The translations under genes were made by a program, and so were the position numbers. The notes below the pieces were generated by a model. The model was not told the origin of the DNA. It saw nothing but the letters and a program-made list of their open reading frames with translations, and ran no database searches. This document shows positions 44,803 to 52,791 of a stretch of 52,791 nucleotides of DNA, piece after piece (within the stretch, counting starts at the first letter, position 1; each line of letters begins with the position of its first letter). Origin of the DNA: a bacterium (GTDB taxonomy: Bacteria; CG2-30-53-67); NCBI GenBank assembly GCA_024277725.1, contig JAJRUP010000054.1, positions 1-52,791 on the forward strand. The letters are read 5' to 3'.

Positions 44803-47238
44803 ATGAACAAATTTTCCGGTGCAATCCGGTTTTTACCAAATCCGGCAAAGAGGTGCCGACAACTTGTTTGGCCTCTGCTGTTGGTCCTTGCCTGCCTGTT
44901 CACGGCCTTCACGACCGCCGATGCCGCACCGGTGATCCGGAAGATCGAGATCCTCGGAAACCGGCGGATCGACAGCGGTACCATCTTCAACAGGATCAAA
45001 TCCAGGGAAGGGGAACCGCTCTCGCTGGAGACCATTCGCAAGGATATCCGGGCCATTTACGGCATGGGAGGCTATTTTGAGAACGTGCAGGTCGAAAGCG
45101 AACCGACGGCAGGGGGGGTCCGGCTGATCTTCCGGGTGACGGAGAAACCGATCATCTCGGAAATCACGATCAAGGGGAACAAGGAGTTGGAAGAAGGCAA
45201 AATCCGGGACGTCCTGCAGACACGGATCGGTTCTCCCTACGATTTGCGGCAGATCAAGAAGGACCAGGAGGCCATCCGAAAACTCTACCGGAATGAAGGT
45301 TTTCACTTCTCCACCATCGACATCAAGGTCGAAGACGACAAGAACGAAAACAAAAGGCTGTCCTACACGATCGAGGAAGGGAAAAAGGTCATCATCGGCG
45401 AGATCTTCCTGAAAGGCAGCAAACAGCTCAAACCCGGCAAAATCAAGAAGCAGGCCATGGAGACCAAGGAACACTGGATGCTCTCCTTTATCAGCTCCGC
45501 GGGGGTCTACAAGCGGGAGATTCTCGATATCGACTTGGCACGCATCAAGGATTTCTATTACAGCCACGGTTATCTTGAGGCCAAGATCGGCGAACCGGAG
45601 ATCTCCTTCAAAAAGCCCAAGAGACGCACGCATGATCGCCTTTACGAATGGTTCAAGGGGTGGGGGTGGGACAAGAACGAGATTGCCGTCACCATTCCCA
45701 TCGATGAAGGAGAACAGTACAAGATTGGAAAGATACGTTTTCAGGGAAATCATGCCATCTCCAGTGAGATCCTTGCATCCTCCCTCGCCTCGAAGGAAGG
45801 GGAAATCTTCAGCAGTGAACGGATCCGGAAGGACATCTCCGTCATCAATCATCTTTACGGTGAGAAGGGACACGCCTTCGCCAGTGGAACACCACTGACC
45901 GACCTGGATCGGGAGTCACGTACCGTGGACCTCACCTGGGACATCGATGAGGGACAGCGGGTCTACATCGGCGAGATTAATATCCTGGGGAACGTCCGGA
46001 CCCGGGACAACGTCATCCGCCGGGAAATCCGCTTCAATGAGGGAGACCAGTACAACATTGCCAAGATCGACCGGAGCAAGGTCCGCATCCGGAATACCGG
46101 CTTCTTTGAGGATGTGCAGGTTCAGACCAACCGGCGGCCCGGCGAACAGGTCGTTGATCTGGACATCAAGGTCAAGGAGCAGCAGACGGGATCCCTGAGT
46201 TTCGGGGTCGGCGCCAGTTCCACCCAGGGACTGATCGGTTCCTTCGATGTACGCCAGAAGAACATCTTCGGTACCGGCCGGGAAGTCAACCTCGCCGCCG
46301 TCCTCGGCGGACAAGACAGCACGTTCAACCTCCGTTTCGTCGAGCCCTGGCTTTATGACCGGGAGGTCAGCCTGGGAGTCAATCTCTTCAAGAACATTTC
46401 CGATTACGATTCCTTCCGGGAAGAGACCCTGGGAGGAGGAATTACCTTCGGTCGTGCACTTGATGAATACAGCCGGGGATCGATCGGCATCAACTACGAA
46501 GATATCAATTACACCAACGTCGACCAGGGTTTCGACAGCAATCTGATCCAGGAACAGTCCGTCTTCGGCATCACCCTCGGCTGGAAACGAAACACCGTCG
46601 ACAATATCATGGATCCCACCCGCGGTTATCTGGCCCGGACTTCGTTGAAATTCGCCGGACTTCTGGGGAATGCCGAATACAACAAGTATTATTTTACCGA
46701 TCGGATCTTCATCAAGGGGCCGGGAAAGATCACCTTCTCCATCAACGGCCAGGCCGGCTACGTCGATGTGAGCAGCGCCGACGACATTCCCGTTTCCGAA
46801 CTCTATTACCTGGGGGGAATCGAATCACTGCGAGGCTACCAGTATCGAAGTCTGGGACCCCGCAACTTTTTCGGGAGTCTCATCGGAGGCCGGAAGCTGC
46901 TCCTGGCCAATTCCGAAATCTACTTCCCGGTAGCCCCCTCGGCGGGACTGAAGGGATTTCTCTTTTTCGATATCGGAAAGGTCTATGATCCCGTCAGCGA
47001 AACGGCCATCTCCTCCTACCGGGAAATCGATTCCGACGGTGACGGCTTTAAGGACACCAAAGAAGCGGTACGGAGCGCCAACCTGACCGACGGCAATCTC
47101 TGGAAGAAGAGCTACGGTATCGGCATTTCCTGGCGCTCACCGGCAGGCCCGATCAAACTCGTCTGGGCGCAAGTCCTCAATGAAGAAACCTTTGACATCG
47201 TTGAAACCATTCAGTTCAGTATGGGAACCACTTTTTAA
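44803..47238 (+). CDS. bamA: Outer-membrane protein assembly factor BamA (Omp85)
   Basis: A signal peptide is followed by five POTRA-like units (IRKIEILGNRRIDSGTIFNRI..., ISEITIKGNKEL..., IGEIFLKGSKQL..., IGKIRFQGNHAIS..., IGEINILGNVRTRDNVIRREI). The barrel has the RGY motif (GGIESLRGYQY) and a terminal Phe. The ATG at 44803 lies 1 nt after the upstream TAA stop. Confidence 0.93.
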   Translation: MNKFSGAIRFLPNPAKRCRQLVWPLLLVLACLFTAFTTADAAPVIRKIEILGNRRIDSGTIFNRIKSREGEPLSLETIRKDIRAIYGMGGYFENVQVESEPTAGGVRLIFRVTEKPIISEITIKGNKELEEGKIRDVLQTRIGSPYDLRQIKKDQEAIRKLYRNEGFHFSTIDIKVEDDKNENKRLSYTIEEGKKVIIGEIFLKGSKQLKPGKIKKQAMETKEHWMLSFISSAGVYKREILDIDLARIKDFYYSHGYLEAKIGEPEISFKKPKRRTHDRLYEWFKGWGWDKNEIAVTIPIDEGEQYKIGKIRFQGNHAISSEILASSLASKEGEIFSSERIRKDISVINHLYGEKGHAFASGTPLTDLDRESRTVDLTWDIDEGQRVYIGEINILGNVRTRDNVIRREIRFNEGDQYNIAKIDRSKVRIRNTGFFEDVQVQTNRRPGEQVVDLDIKVKEQQTGSLSFGVGASSTQGLIGSFDVRQKNIFGTGREVNLAAVLGGQDSTFNLRFVEPWLYDREVSLGVNLFKNISDYDSFREETLGGGITFGRALDEYSRGSIGINYEDINYTNVDQGFDSNLIQEQSVFGITLGWKRNTVDNIMDPTRGYLARTSLKFAGLLGNAEYNKYYFTDRIFIKGPGKITFSINGQAGYVDVSSADDIPVSELYYLGGIESLRGYQYRSLGPRNFFGSLIGGRKLLLANSEIYFPVAPSAGLKGFLFFDIGKVYDPVSETAISSYREIDSDGDGFKDTKEAVRSANLTDGNLWKKSYGIGISWRSPAGPIKLVWAQVLNEETFDIVETIQFSMGTTF

Positions 47239-47260
47239 TCTTTATCATAAGGAGTACCCC

Positions 47261-47794
47261 ATGAATGCAAGAAAACCCTGGATCGGAATTCTCATGCTTT
47301 CCTTTCTTTGGATCTCCACTGCGCCGGTCTCGGCCCGGGAAAACAAGATCGGGTTCGTCGATTTCCAGAAGGTCTTTGAAAAATCGACGAGCATTCGTAA
47401 CATGAACCGCGAACTGGAAGAAAAGATCAAGGCGGAACAGCAGGAAATCGTCAAGAAACGGAAAGACCTGGAGGAGATGCAACAGGACCTGGAGAAGAAG
47501 AAGGCCCTCATGAACGCCGAGGCGCGCACGCAGAAGGAAGAAGAGATCCGCCAAAGCCTCAAAGACCTCAAGCGCTATGCCAGCGACAAGGAAGAGGAGT
47601 TCCAGCGCAAGGGGAACGGGCTGATGCAGCAGATCATGAGGGAATTGACGAAAATCGTCGAGGAAATCGGAAAAGACAAAGGCTATACCGCCATCGTGGA
47701 ACGCTCTACCGGTGGGGTAGTCTACATGTCTCCTTCCGCGAACATCACCGAAGACGTCATCAAAGAGTACGACAAGAGGAACGCGCAGCAATGA
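47261..47794 (+). CDS. skp: Periplasmic chaperone Skp (OmpH family)
   Basis: A signal peptide is followed by KIGFVDFQKVFEKS and a long coiled-coil region rich in K/E/Q. AAGGAG lies 6 nt upstream of the ATG at 47261. Its position between bamA and lpxD is canonical. Confidence 0.88.
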   Translation: MNARKPWIGILMLSFLWISTAPVSARENKIGFVDFQKVFEKSTSIRNMNRELEEKIKAEQQEIVKKRKDLEEMQQDLEKKKALMNAEARTQKEEEIRQSLKDLKRYASDKEEEFQRKGNGLMQQIMRELTKIVEEIGKDKGYTAIVERSTGGVVYMSPSANITEDVIKEYDKRNAQQ

Positions 47795-48927
47795 CCGAAG
47801 GAGCACACCGGAAAACCTGGAAACTGTCCGAACTGGCTTCACATGTGGCGGGCAACCTGGAAGGAGACGGCACCATCGAGATCACGGGTCTTAATTCCCT
47901 GGAGGAAGCCGGGACCGGAGAACTCGCCTTCGTCGCCAACCCCAGATATCTCCCGGAACTGGCGCGGACAAAGGCCTCGGCCGTGATCCTGCCGCCGGAT
48001 GTCCCCACGGAGATCCCGGCAATCCGGAGCCAAAATCCCTATCTCGCCTTTGCAAAGATCGCCACGCTGATGCAGGGGAGGGCTGCCGTCCCGCGAGGAG
48101 TGAGTCCCGACCTGATACAGGGAGAAGGATGCCGCTTGGGGAAAAATCTCTCCATTCATCCCCGTGTGGTCCTGGGTGACAACGTAACCCTGGGCGACCG
48201 CGTAACGCTCCATCCCGGGGTCGTCATCGGCGCCGACAGCACCATCGGTGACGATTCGATCCTCTATGCCAACGTATCGGTCCGAAATCACTGCCGGATC
48301 GGCCGAAGAGTGATCCTTCACTGCGGGGTTGTCATCGGCAGTGACGGCTTCGGCTTCGCCCCCGACGGGAATGGGTATTACAAGATCCCCCAGACCGGCG
48401 GGGTCGTCATTGAAGATGACGTGGAGATCGGTGCCAATTCGACCGTCGACCGGGGCGCCTTGGGGGACACCGTCATCCGCAGGGGAACCAAGATCGACAA
48501 TCTCGTCATGATCGCACATAACGTGGAGATCGGCGAGAATTCCATCATCGTTTCCCAGGTCGGCATCTCCGGCAGTACGACGATCGGCAATCACGTCACC
48601 CTCGCCGGACAGGTCGGCGTTGCAGGTCACCTGACGATCGGTGATAATGTTACGGTCGGGGCACAATCGGGCATCACGCGGAATCTTGCCCCGAAAAAAC
48701 GGGTCAGCGGCCTGCCGGTGATTGAGCATAAAAAATGGTTGAAAGCAGCAAGCAGTTTTGAACACCTGCCGCAGATCCGGAAGATCGTCCGTACCTTACA
48801 GGACCGGCTCACCCGGCTCGAAGCAATGTTGCAGAACCCTCCGGAGTCCTCCGGCGAAACGGGCGGGAAACAGACTCCGGATACGGGAAAACCTGAGGGA
48901 GGAAAACAGGATGATGGACATCAATGA
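47791..48927 (+). CDS. lpxD: UDP-3-O-acylglucosamine N-acyltransferase LpxD with a short low-complexity C-terminal tail
   Basis: The N-terminal uridine-binding domain (LSELASHVAGNLEGDG...ELAFVANPRYL) is followed by an extended hexapeptide-repeat region. The start forms an ATGA overlap with the skp stop. Confidence 0.92.
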   Translation: MTEGAHRKTWKLSELASHVAGNLEGDGTIEITGLNSLEEAGTGELAFVANPRYLPELARTKASAVILPPDVPTEIPAIRSQNPYLAFAKIATLMQGRAAVPRGVSPDLIQGEGCRLGKNLSIHPRVVLGDNVTLGDRVTLHPGVVIGADSTIGDDSILYANVSVRNHCRIGRRVILHCGVVIGSDGFGFAPDGNGYYKIPQTGGVVIEDDVEIGANSTVDRGALGDTVIRRGTKIDNLVMIAHNVEIGENSIIVSQVGISGSTTIGNHVTLAGQVGVAGHLTIGDNVTVGAQSGITRNLAPKKRVSGLPVIEHKKWLKAASSFEHLPQIRKIVRTLQDRLTRLEAMLQNPPESSGETGGKQTPDTGKPEGGKQDDGHQ

Positions 48928-49342
48928 AATTATGGAGTATCTTCCACACCGGTATCCCTTTCTGCTGGTGGACCGGATCGTCGAAATGGAAGCCGGAAAA
49001 AGGATCGTGGGACTGAAAAACGTCACCCAGAATGAACCCTTTTTCCAGGGACATTTCCCCGGACATCCGATCATGCCGGGAGTCCTGATCATCGAAGCCA
49101 TGGCCCAGACGGCGGGAGTCCTCTCCATGCAGATGGTGGACGACCCCTCCTCCAAGGTAATCTATTTCATGAGTATCGACCGGGCCAGATTCCGTCAGCC
49201 CGTGATACCGGGGGACCAGCTCCGCATGGAACTGGAAGTCATCAAAATCCGCGTCCCCATTATGAAACTGGACGGCCGCGCCTACGTGGGAGACAAGAAA
49301 GTCGCCGAGGCACTGTTAACGGCTACCATCACCGACAAATGA
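48911..49342 (+). CDS. fabZ: 3-hydroxyacyl-ACP dehydratase FabZ
   Basis: The motifs are LPHRYPFLLVDRIVEM...KNVTQNEPFFQGHFPGHPIMPGVLIIEAMAQ. Confidence 0.95.
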   Translation: MMDINEIMEYLPHRYPFLLVDRIVEMEAGKRIVGLKNVTQNEPFFQGHFPGHPIMPGVLIIEAMAQTAGVLSMQMVDDPSSKVIYFMSIDRARFRQPVIPGDQLRMELEVIKIRVPIMKLDGRAYVGDKKVAEALLTATITDK

Positions 49343-49372
49343 TCCCTCTGTTGAGGAAAGAGAAGGTTATTC

Positions 49373-50146
49373 ATGCGGATACATTCAACAACCCTCGTTC
49401 ATCCCGGAGCCCGGATCGGCGAAGAGGTGGAGATCGGTCCCTTCTGCACGATCGGAGAACATGTCACAATCGGTGCCGGAACGAAGATCAAGTCCCATGT
49501 CAGTATTGACGGCTGGACCGAGATTGGAGAAGGATGCGCTTTTTATCCCTTCTCCTCTATCGGCGAACCACCGCAGGATCTCAAATTCAAGGGAGAGGTC
49601 TCAAACCTCCGGATCGGAAAAAACAACGTCTTCCGGGAATTCATCACCTTAAACCGCGGGACGGAAAACGGCGGAGGCGAAACCGTCATCGGCGACAACA
49701 ACTTTTTCATGGCCTACTGTCACGTCGCCCATGACTGCCGGATCGGCAATCATGTCGTACTGGCCAACGCCGCCACCCTGGCAGGCCATATCACCATTGA
49801 CGATCATGCCATTATCGGCGGCATTACGGCCATTCACCAGTTTGTCCGGATCGGCCGGTATGCCATTGTCGGCGGGGCCTCGGCCGTCCCCAAAGACGTC
49901 CCTCCCTTCTGCAACGCCACAGGGAACCGGGCAACCCTTCACGGGCTGAATACCGTCGGACTCCGGCGCCACGCCTTCCCCGGGGAAACGGTTCGGGAGC
50001 TGAAAAAGGCCTACCGCATCCTTTTCCGGTCCTCCCTCCTCTTCGAGGAAGCTCGGGCACAGGTAAAGCAGGAGGTGGCGGATCTGCCGGAAGTCCGTGA
50101 ACTTCTCGAATTTCTTCAGAATTCCGAACGAGGTTTTTGCCGATAG
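49373..50146 (+). CDS. lpxA: Acyl-ACP--UDP-N-acetylglucosamine O-acyltransferase LpxA
   Basis: The N-terminus is IHSTTLVHPGARIGEEVEIGPFCTIGEHVTIG with hexapeptide repeats. The motifs HVAHDCRIGNHV and LNTVGLRRHAFP follow in the C-terminal helical domain. Confidence 0.93.
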   Translation: MRIHSTTLVHPGARIGEEVEIGPFCTIGEHVTIGAGTKIKSHVSIDGWTEIGEGCAFYPFSSIGEPPQDLKFKGEVSNLRIGKNNVFREFITLNRGTENGGGETVIGDNNFFMAYCHVAHDCRIGNHVVLANAATLAGHITIDDHAIIGGITAIHQFVRIGRYAIVGGASAVPKDVPPFCNATGNRATLHGLNTVGLRRHAFPGETVRELKKAYRILFRSSLLFEEARAQVKQEVADLPEVRELLEFLQNSERGFCR

Positions 50147-50147
50147 G

Positions 50148-51104
50148 ATGAATCCCATGAAGAAATACAGTCCCATCAATCTGCAAAAGGTGACCCCCTA
50201 CCCGATCCGGAAGCGAAAGAACAAGGTCGACGTGAAAGCATTTGCACAGGTCCCCCGCAAGGAGGATGGATTCGGAGCCTTCCTCGATTCCCTGCCCCGC
50301 ATTCTGGCCGCAGGAGATTTCCTGAAGGTCGTCGAAGCCATTGTCGAGGCCCGTCGCCGGGGACGTCCGGTCCTTCTGGCCATGGGCGGACATGTCATTA
50401 AATGCGGGCTGGCCCCACTGCTCATCGATCTCATGGAACGCGGTATCCTCACGGCCATCGCCATGAACGGTTCCGCAAGCATTCACGACTACGAAATCTC
50501 CTTCCAGGGGAGCAGTTCCGAAGACGTGGCCGAAGAGCTGAAAACGGGACGCTTCGGCATGGCCGATGAGACGGGACGAGGGATTCATGCCGCACTGTCC
50601 AAGGGTGCAAAAGAGGGGTGGGGATACGGCGAATCACTGGGCCGTTACATCCTCTCCCGGGAAACGCCCTTCCGGGAGTATAGCGTCCTGGCCGCAGCGG
50701 CTGAAAAGGAGATCCCCGCCACGGTCCATGTCTCCATCGGGGCCGACATCATCCATATGCACCCGGCCATGGACGGCGCCGTAACGGGGGAGGCCACCTT
50801 TCGGGATTTCAAGATCTTCTGTTCCGTCGTCGCCGATCTGGGACAGGGGGGTGTCTTCCTCAATGTCGGTTCGGCGGTTCTCATGCCGGAAGTCTTTCTC
50901 AAGGCCGTCAGCATCGCCCGCAACTTAGGACACAACCTGACCGATTTCGTGACCGTCAATTTTGATATGATTCAGCACTACCGCCCCCGGGAAAACGTGG
51001 TCCGCCGTCCGACCCTCGGTTGCGGACAGGGCTATGCCATCACCGGCCATCATGAGATCATGATCCCCCTGCTGGCCCGGGCGATCGTGGAAAGATTAAA
51101 ATGA
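50148..51104 (+). CDS. Conserved protein with a deoxyhypusine-synthase-like (DHS-like NAD-binding fold) signature; function unknown
   Basis: The segment PVLLAMGGHVIKCGLAPLLIDLMERGILTAIAMNGSASIHDYEISFQG resembles the DHS pattern (GA....G.R..I..LI..g.vd.iVtTGAN..HD). This assignment comes from motif memory only. The start could be 50148 or 50157. Confidence 0.4.
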   Translation: MNPMKKYSPINLQKVTPYPIRKRKNKVDVKAFAQVPRKEDGFGAFLDSLPRILAAGDFLKVVEAIVEARRRGRPVLLAMGGHVIKCGLAPLLIDLMERGILTAIAMNGSASIHDYEISFQGSSSEDVAEELKTGRFGMADETGRGIHAALSKGAKEGWGYGESLGRYILSRETPFREYSVLAAAAEKEIPATVHVSIGADIIHMHPAMDGAVTGEATFRDFKIFCSVVADLGQGGVFLNVGSAVLMPEVFLKAVSIARNLGHNLTDFVTVNFDMIQHYRPRENVVRRPTLGCGQGYAITGHHEIMIPLLARAIVERLK

Positions 51105-51148
51105 CGGCTTTGTAAAAGCAAAGAGCAGATAGATATCAGGAGAAGCGT

Positions 51149-52663
51149 ATGACCCGGGATCAGATCCAGGGAATCCTCAAGAAGGTACGGAACCGGAAGG
51201 TTCTCGTCGTCGGCGACGTCATGGTGGATGAATACGTCTGGGGGCGGATCGACCGGATCTCACCGGAAGCCCCGATCCAGGTCGTCGATGTCGAGTCGGA
51301 GAATGCCGTCCCCGGCGGTGCCGCCAACGTGGTGGCGAATCTTGTCGGCCTGGGCGCGCAGGTCTACGTGGGGAGTGTCGTCGGGAAGGACCCGAAGGGC
51401 GATCTCCTCCGGGAACGTCTGCGCAATGACGGAGTCCGCATCCAGGGGCTGATCACCGACCCGAAGCGGCCCACATCGACGAAAACACGGGTCATGGGGC
51501 AGAACCAGCAACTGCTCCGGATCGACCGGGAAGAGCGGACGCCCCTCCGTCGACAAACGGAAAAACGTCTCCTCGCCTACCTGATGAAACAGATCCCCGC
51601 CTGCGATGCCGTCATTCTCTCCGATTACGGAAAAGGGGTCCTGACGGAAGGAGTCCTGCGGGAGACCATCAATCGGGCCGGCCGGAACAAGAAGATCATT
51701 ACCGCCGACCCGAAGGGAAGAGATTTCCGGAAGTATCGGGGCATCACCTGCCTGACGCCGAACCGCAAGGAAGCTGAGGAAGCAACGGGGATAACCCTGG
51801 CGAAAGGACCGGACATTCTCCAGGCGGCACAGCAGTTGCAGAAAACGCTTCACAGCCCCGCCTGCCTGATCACGCTCGGCGGAAACGGCATGGCCCTGCG
51901 GGACGGGAACCGGTTTACGATGCTCTCCACCGCCGCCCGGGAGGTCTTCGACGTCAGCGGCGCCGGCGATACGGTGATCGCTGCATTCACCCTTGTCGCC
52001 GCTGCCGGTTTCGGTCTCAGGGAGGCAGCACAGATCGCCAACCTCGCCGCCGGGGTGGTCGTCGGGAAGGTCGGCACCGCCCATGTCACCCCCCGGGAGA
52101 TCCTCGAGCATGCCGCAGGAACCGGGAGGGACCGGGCGGGGAAGATCCTCTCTTTTCCGGAGCTGAAAGAAAAGATCCGGAGGCAAAAACAGATCGGAAA
52201 AACAGTGGTCTTCACCAACGGCTGTTTTGATCTCCTCCATGTGGGGCATATCCGTTACCTCCAGGAGGCCCGCAACCTGGGAGACCTGCTGGTGTTGGGG
52301 TTGAACAGCGATGCCTCGGTGCGGAAACTGAAGGGAAAACTTCGTCCCCTCATCTCTCAGGAGGAACGGGCCCTGATCCTGTCGGCCCTCGATTGTGTCG
52401 ATTACGTCGTCATTTTCCAGGAAGAGACCCCCCGGAAACTGATCCGGGGACTGCAGCCCGACATCCTCGTCAAGGGGGGGGACTACAAGAAGGATGAGGT
52501 CGTCGGTGGGGACCTGGTGGAATCCTCCGGAGGAAGGGTCGTCCTGATCCCCGTGGTCCGGGGAAGATCCACGAGCGGACTCGTGGAACGGATCGTGGAA
52601 CGCTACGGGGGAAAGATGAAAAATGAAAAATCCAAAGATAAAAAGCTTGAACCAGTAGAGTAG
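51149..52663 (+). CDS. hldE: Bifunctional D-beta-D-heptose 7-phosphate kinase / D-beta-D-heptose 1-phosphate adenylyltransferase
   Basis: The N-terminal pfkB-type kinase has VLVVGDVMVDEYVWG and DVSGAGDTVIA. The C-terminal cytidylyltransferase-like domain has VVFTNGCFDLLHVGHIRYL and VKGGDY. Confidence 0.92.
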   Translation: MTRDQIQGILKKVRNRKVLVVGDVMVDEYVWGRIDRISPEAPIQVVDVESENAVPGGAANVVANLVGLGAQVYVGSVVGKDPKGDLLRERLRNDGVRIQGLITDPKRPTSTKTRVMGQNQQLLRIDREERTPLRRQTEKRLLAYLMKQIPACDAVILSDYGKGVLTEGVLRETINRAGRNKKIITADPKGRDFRKYRGITCLTPNRKEAEEATGITLAKGPDILQAAQQLQKTLHSPACLITLGGNGMALRDGNRFTMLSTAAREVFDVSGAGDTVIAAFTLVAAAGFGLREAAQIANLAAGVVVGKVGTAHVTPREILEHAAGTGRDRAGKILSFPELKEKIRRQKQIGKTVVFTNGCFDLLHVGHIRYLQEARNLGDLLVLGLNSDASVRKLKGKLRPLISQEERALILSALDCVDYVVIFQEETPRKLIRGLQPDILVKGGDYKKDEVVGGDLVESSGGRVVLIPVVRGRSTSGLVERIVERYGGKMKNEKSKDKKLEPVE

Positions 52664-52664
52664 A

Positions 52665-52772
<108 letters not shown>

Positions 52773-52791
52773 CGGAAACTCTCGCCTTGGG

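Overview
All family calls below come from reading the translations and motifs, because no database search could be run. The window comes from a moderately GC-rich diderm bacterium and falls into four blocks. (1) Positions 1-20000 are one co-directional minus-strand Wzx/Wzy-type surface-glycan operon of about 19 tightly packed or overlapping genes. It runs from a Wza-like exporter at 20000 down to a flippase that leaves the left edge. It contains two B12-binding radical SAM enzymes, a nucleotide-sugar cassette and tandem polyprenyl-phosphate-type GT2 paralogs. An unusually AT-rich 636 bp leader (20001-20636) precedes it and carries a near-consensus sigma-54 promoter, a sigma-70 promoter and several palindromes. 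(2) Positions 20637-28576 hold a heat-shock cluster on the minus strand: hsp20, then dnaK-hsp20-cbpA/dnaJ-like-hspR-clpB and a small membrane protein. (3) Positions 28722-41809 are housekeeping genes: a peptide-type ABC binding lipoprotein, secG, tpiA, pgk, a DEAD-box helicase, HtrA, a SirC-like protein and bamD. An ECF sigma / anti-sigma / secreted-protein module sits between tpiA and secG. (4) Positions 42216-52663 are a plus-strand envelope operon: a large secreted beta-helix/Asp-repeat protein, then bamA-skp-lpxD-fabZ-lpxA, a deoxyhypusine-synthase-like protein, and hldE. The observations I rate highest for follow-up are these: a family of palindromic MITE/REP-like intergenic elements (four clear copies within 10 kb, one of them 298 bp and highly structured); mirrored, near-identical promoter modules driving bamD and the bamA operon divergently; two perfect DnaA boxes exactly 100 bp apart; the radical-SAM-containing glycan operon and its sigma-54 leader; and the large secreted protein translationally abutted to bamA, which carries an unclassified C-terminal sorting-like signal. 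I saw no tRNA or rRNA genes, no convincing CRISPR array and no transposase.
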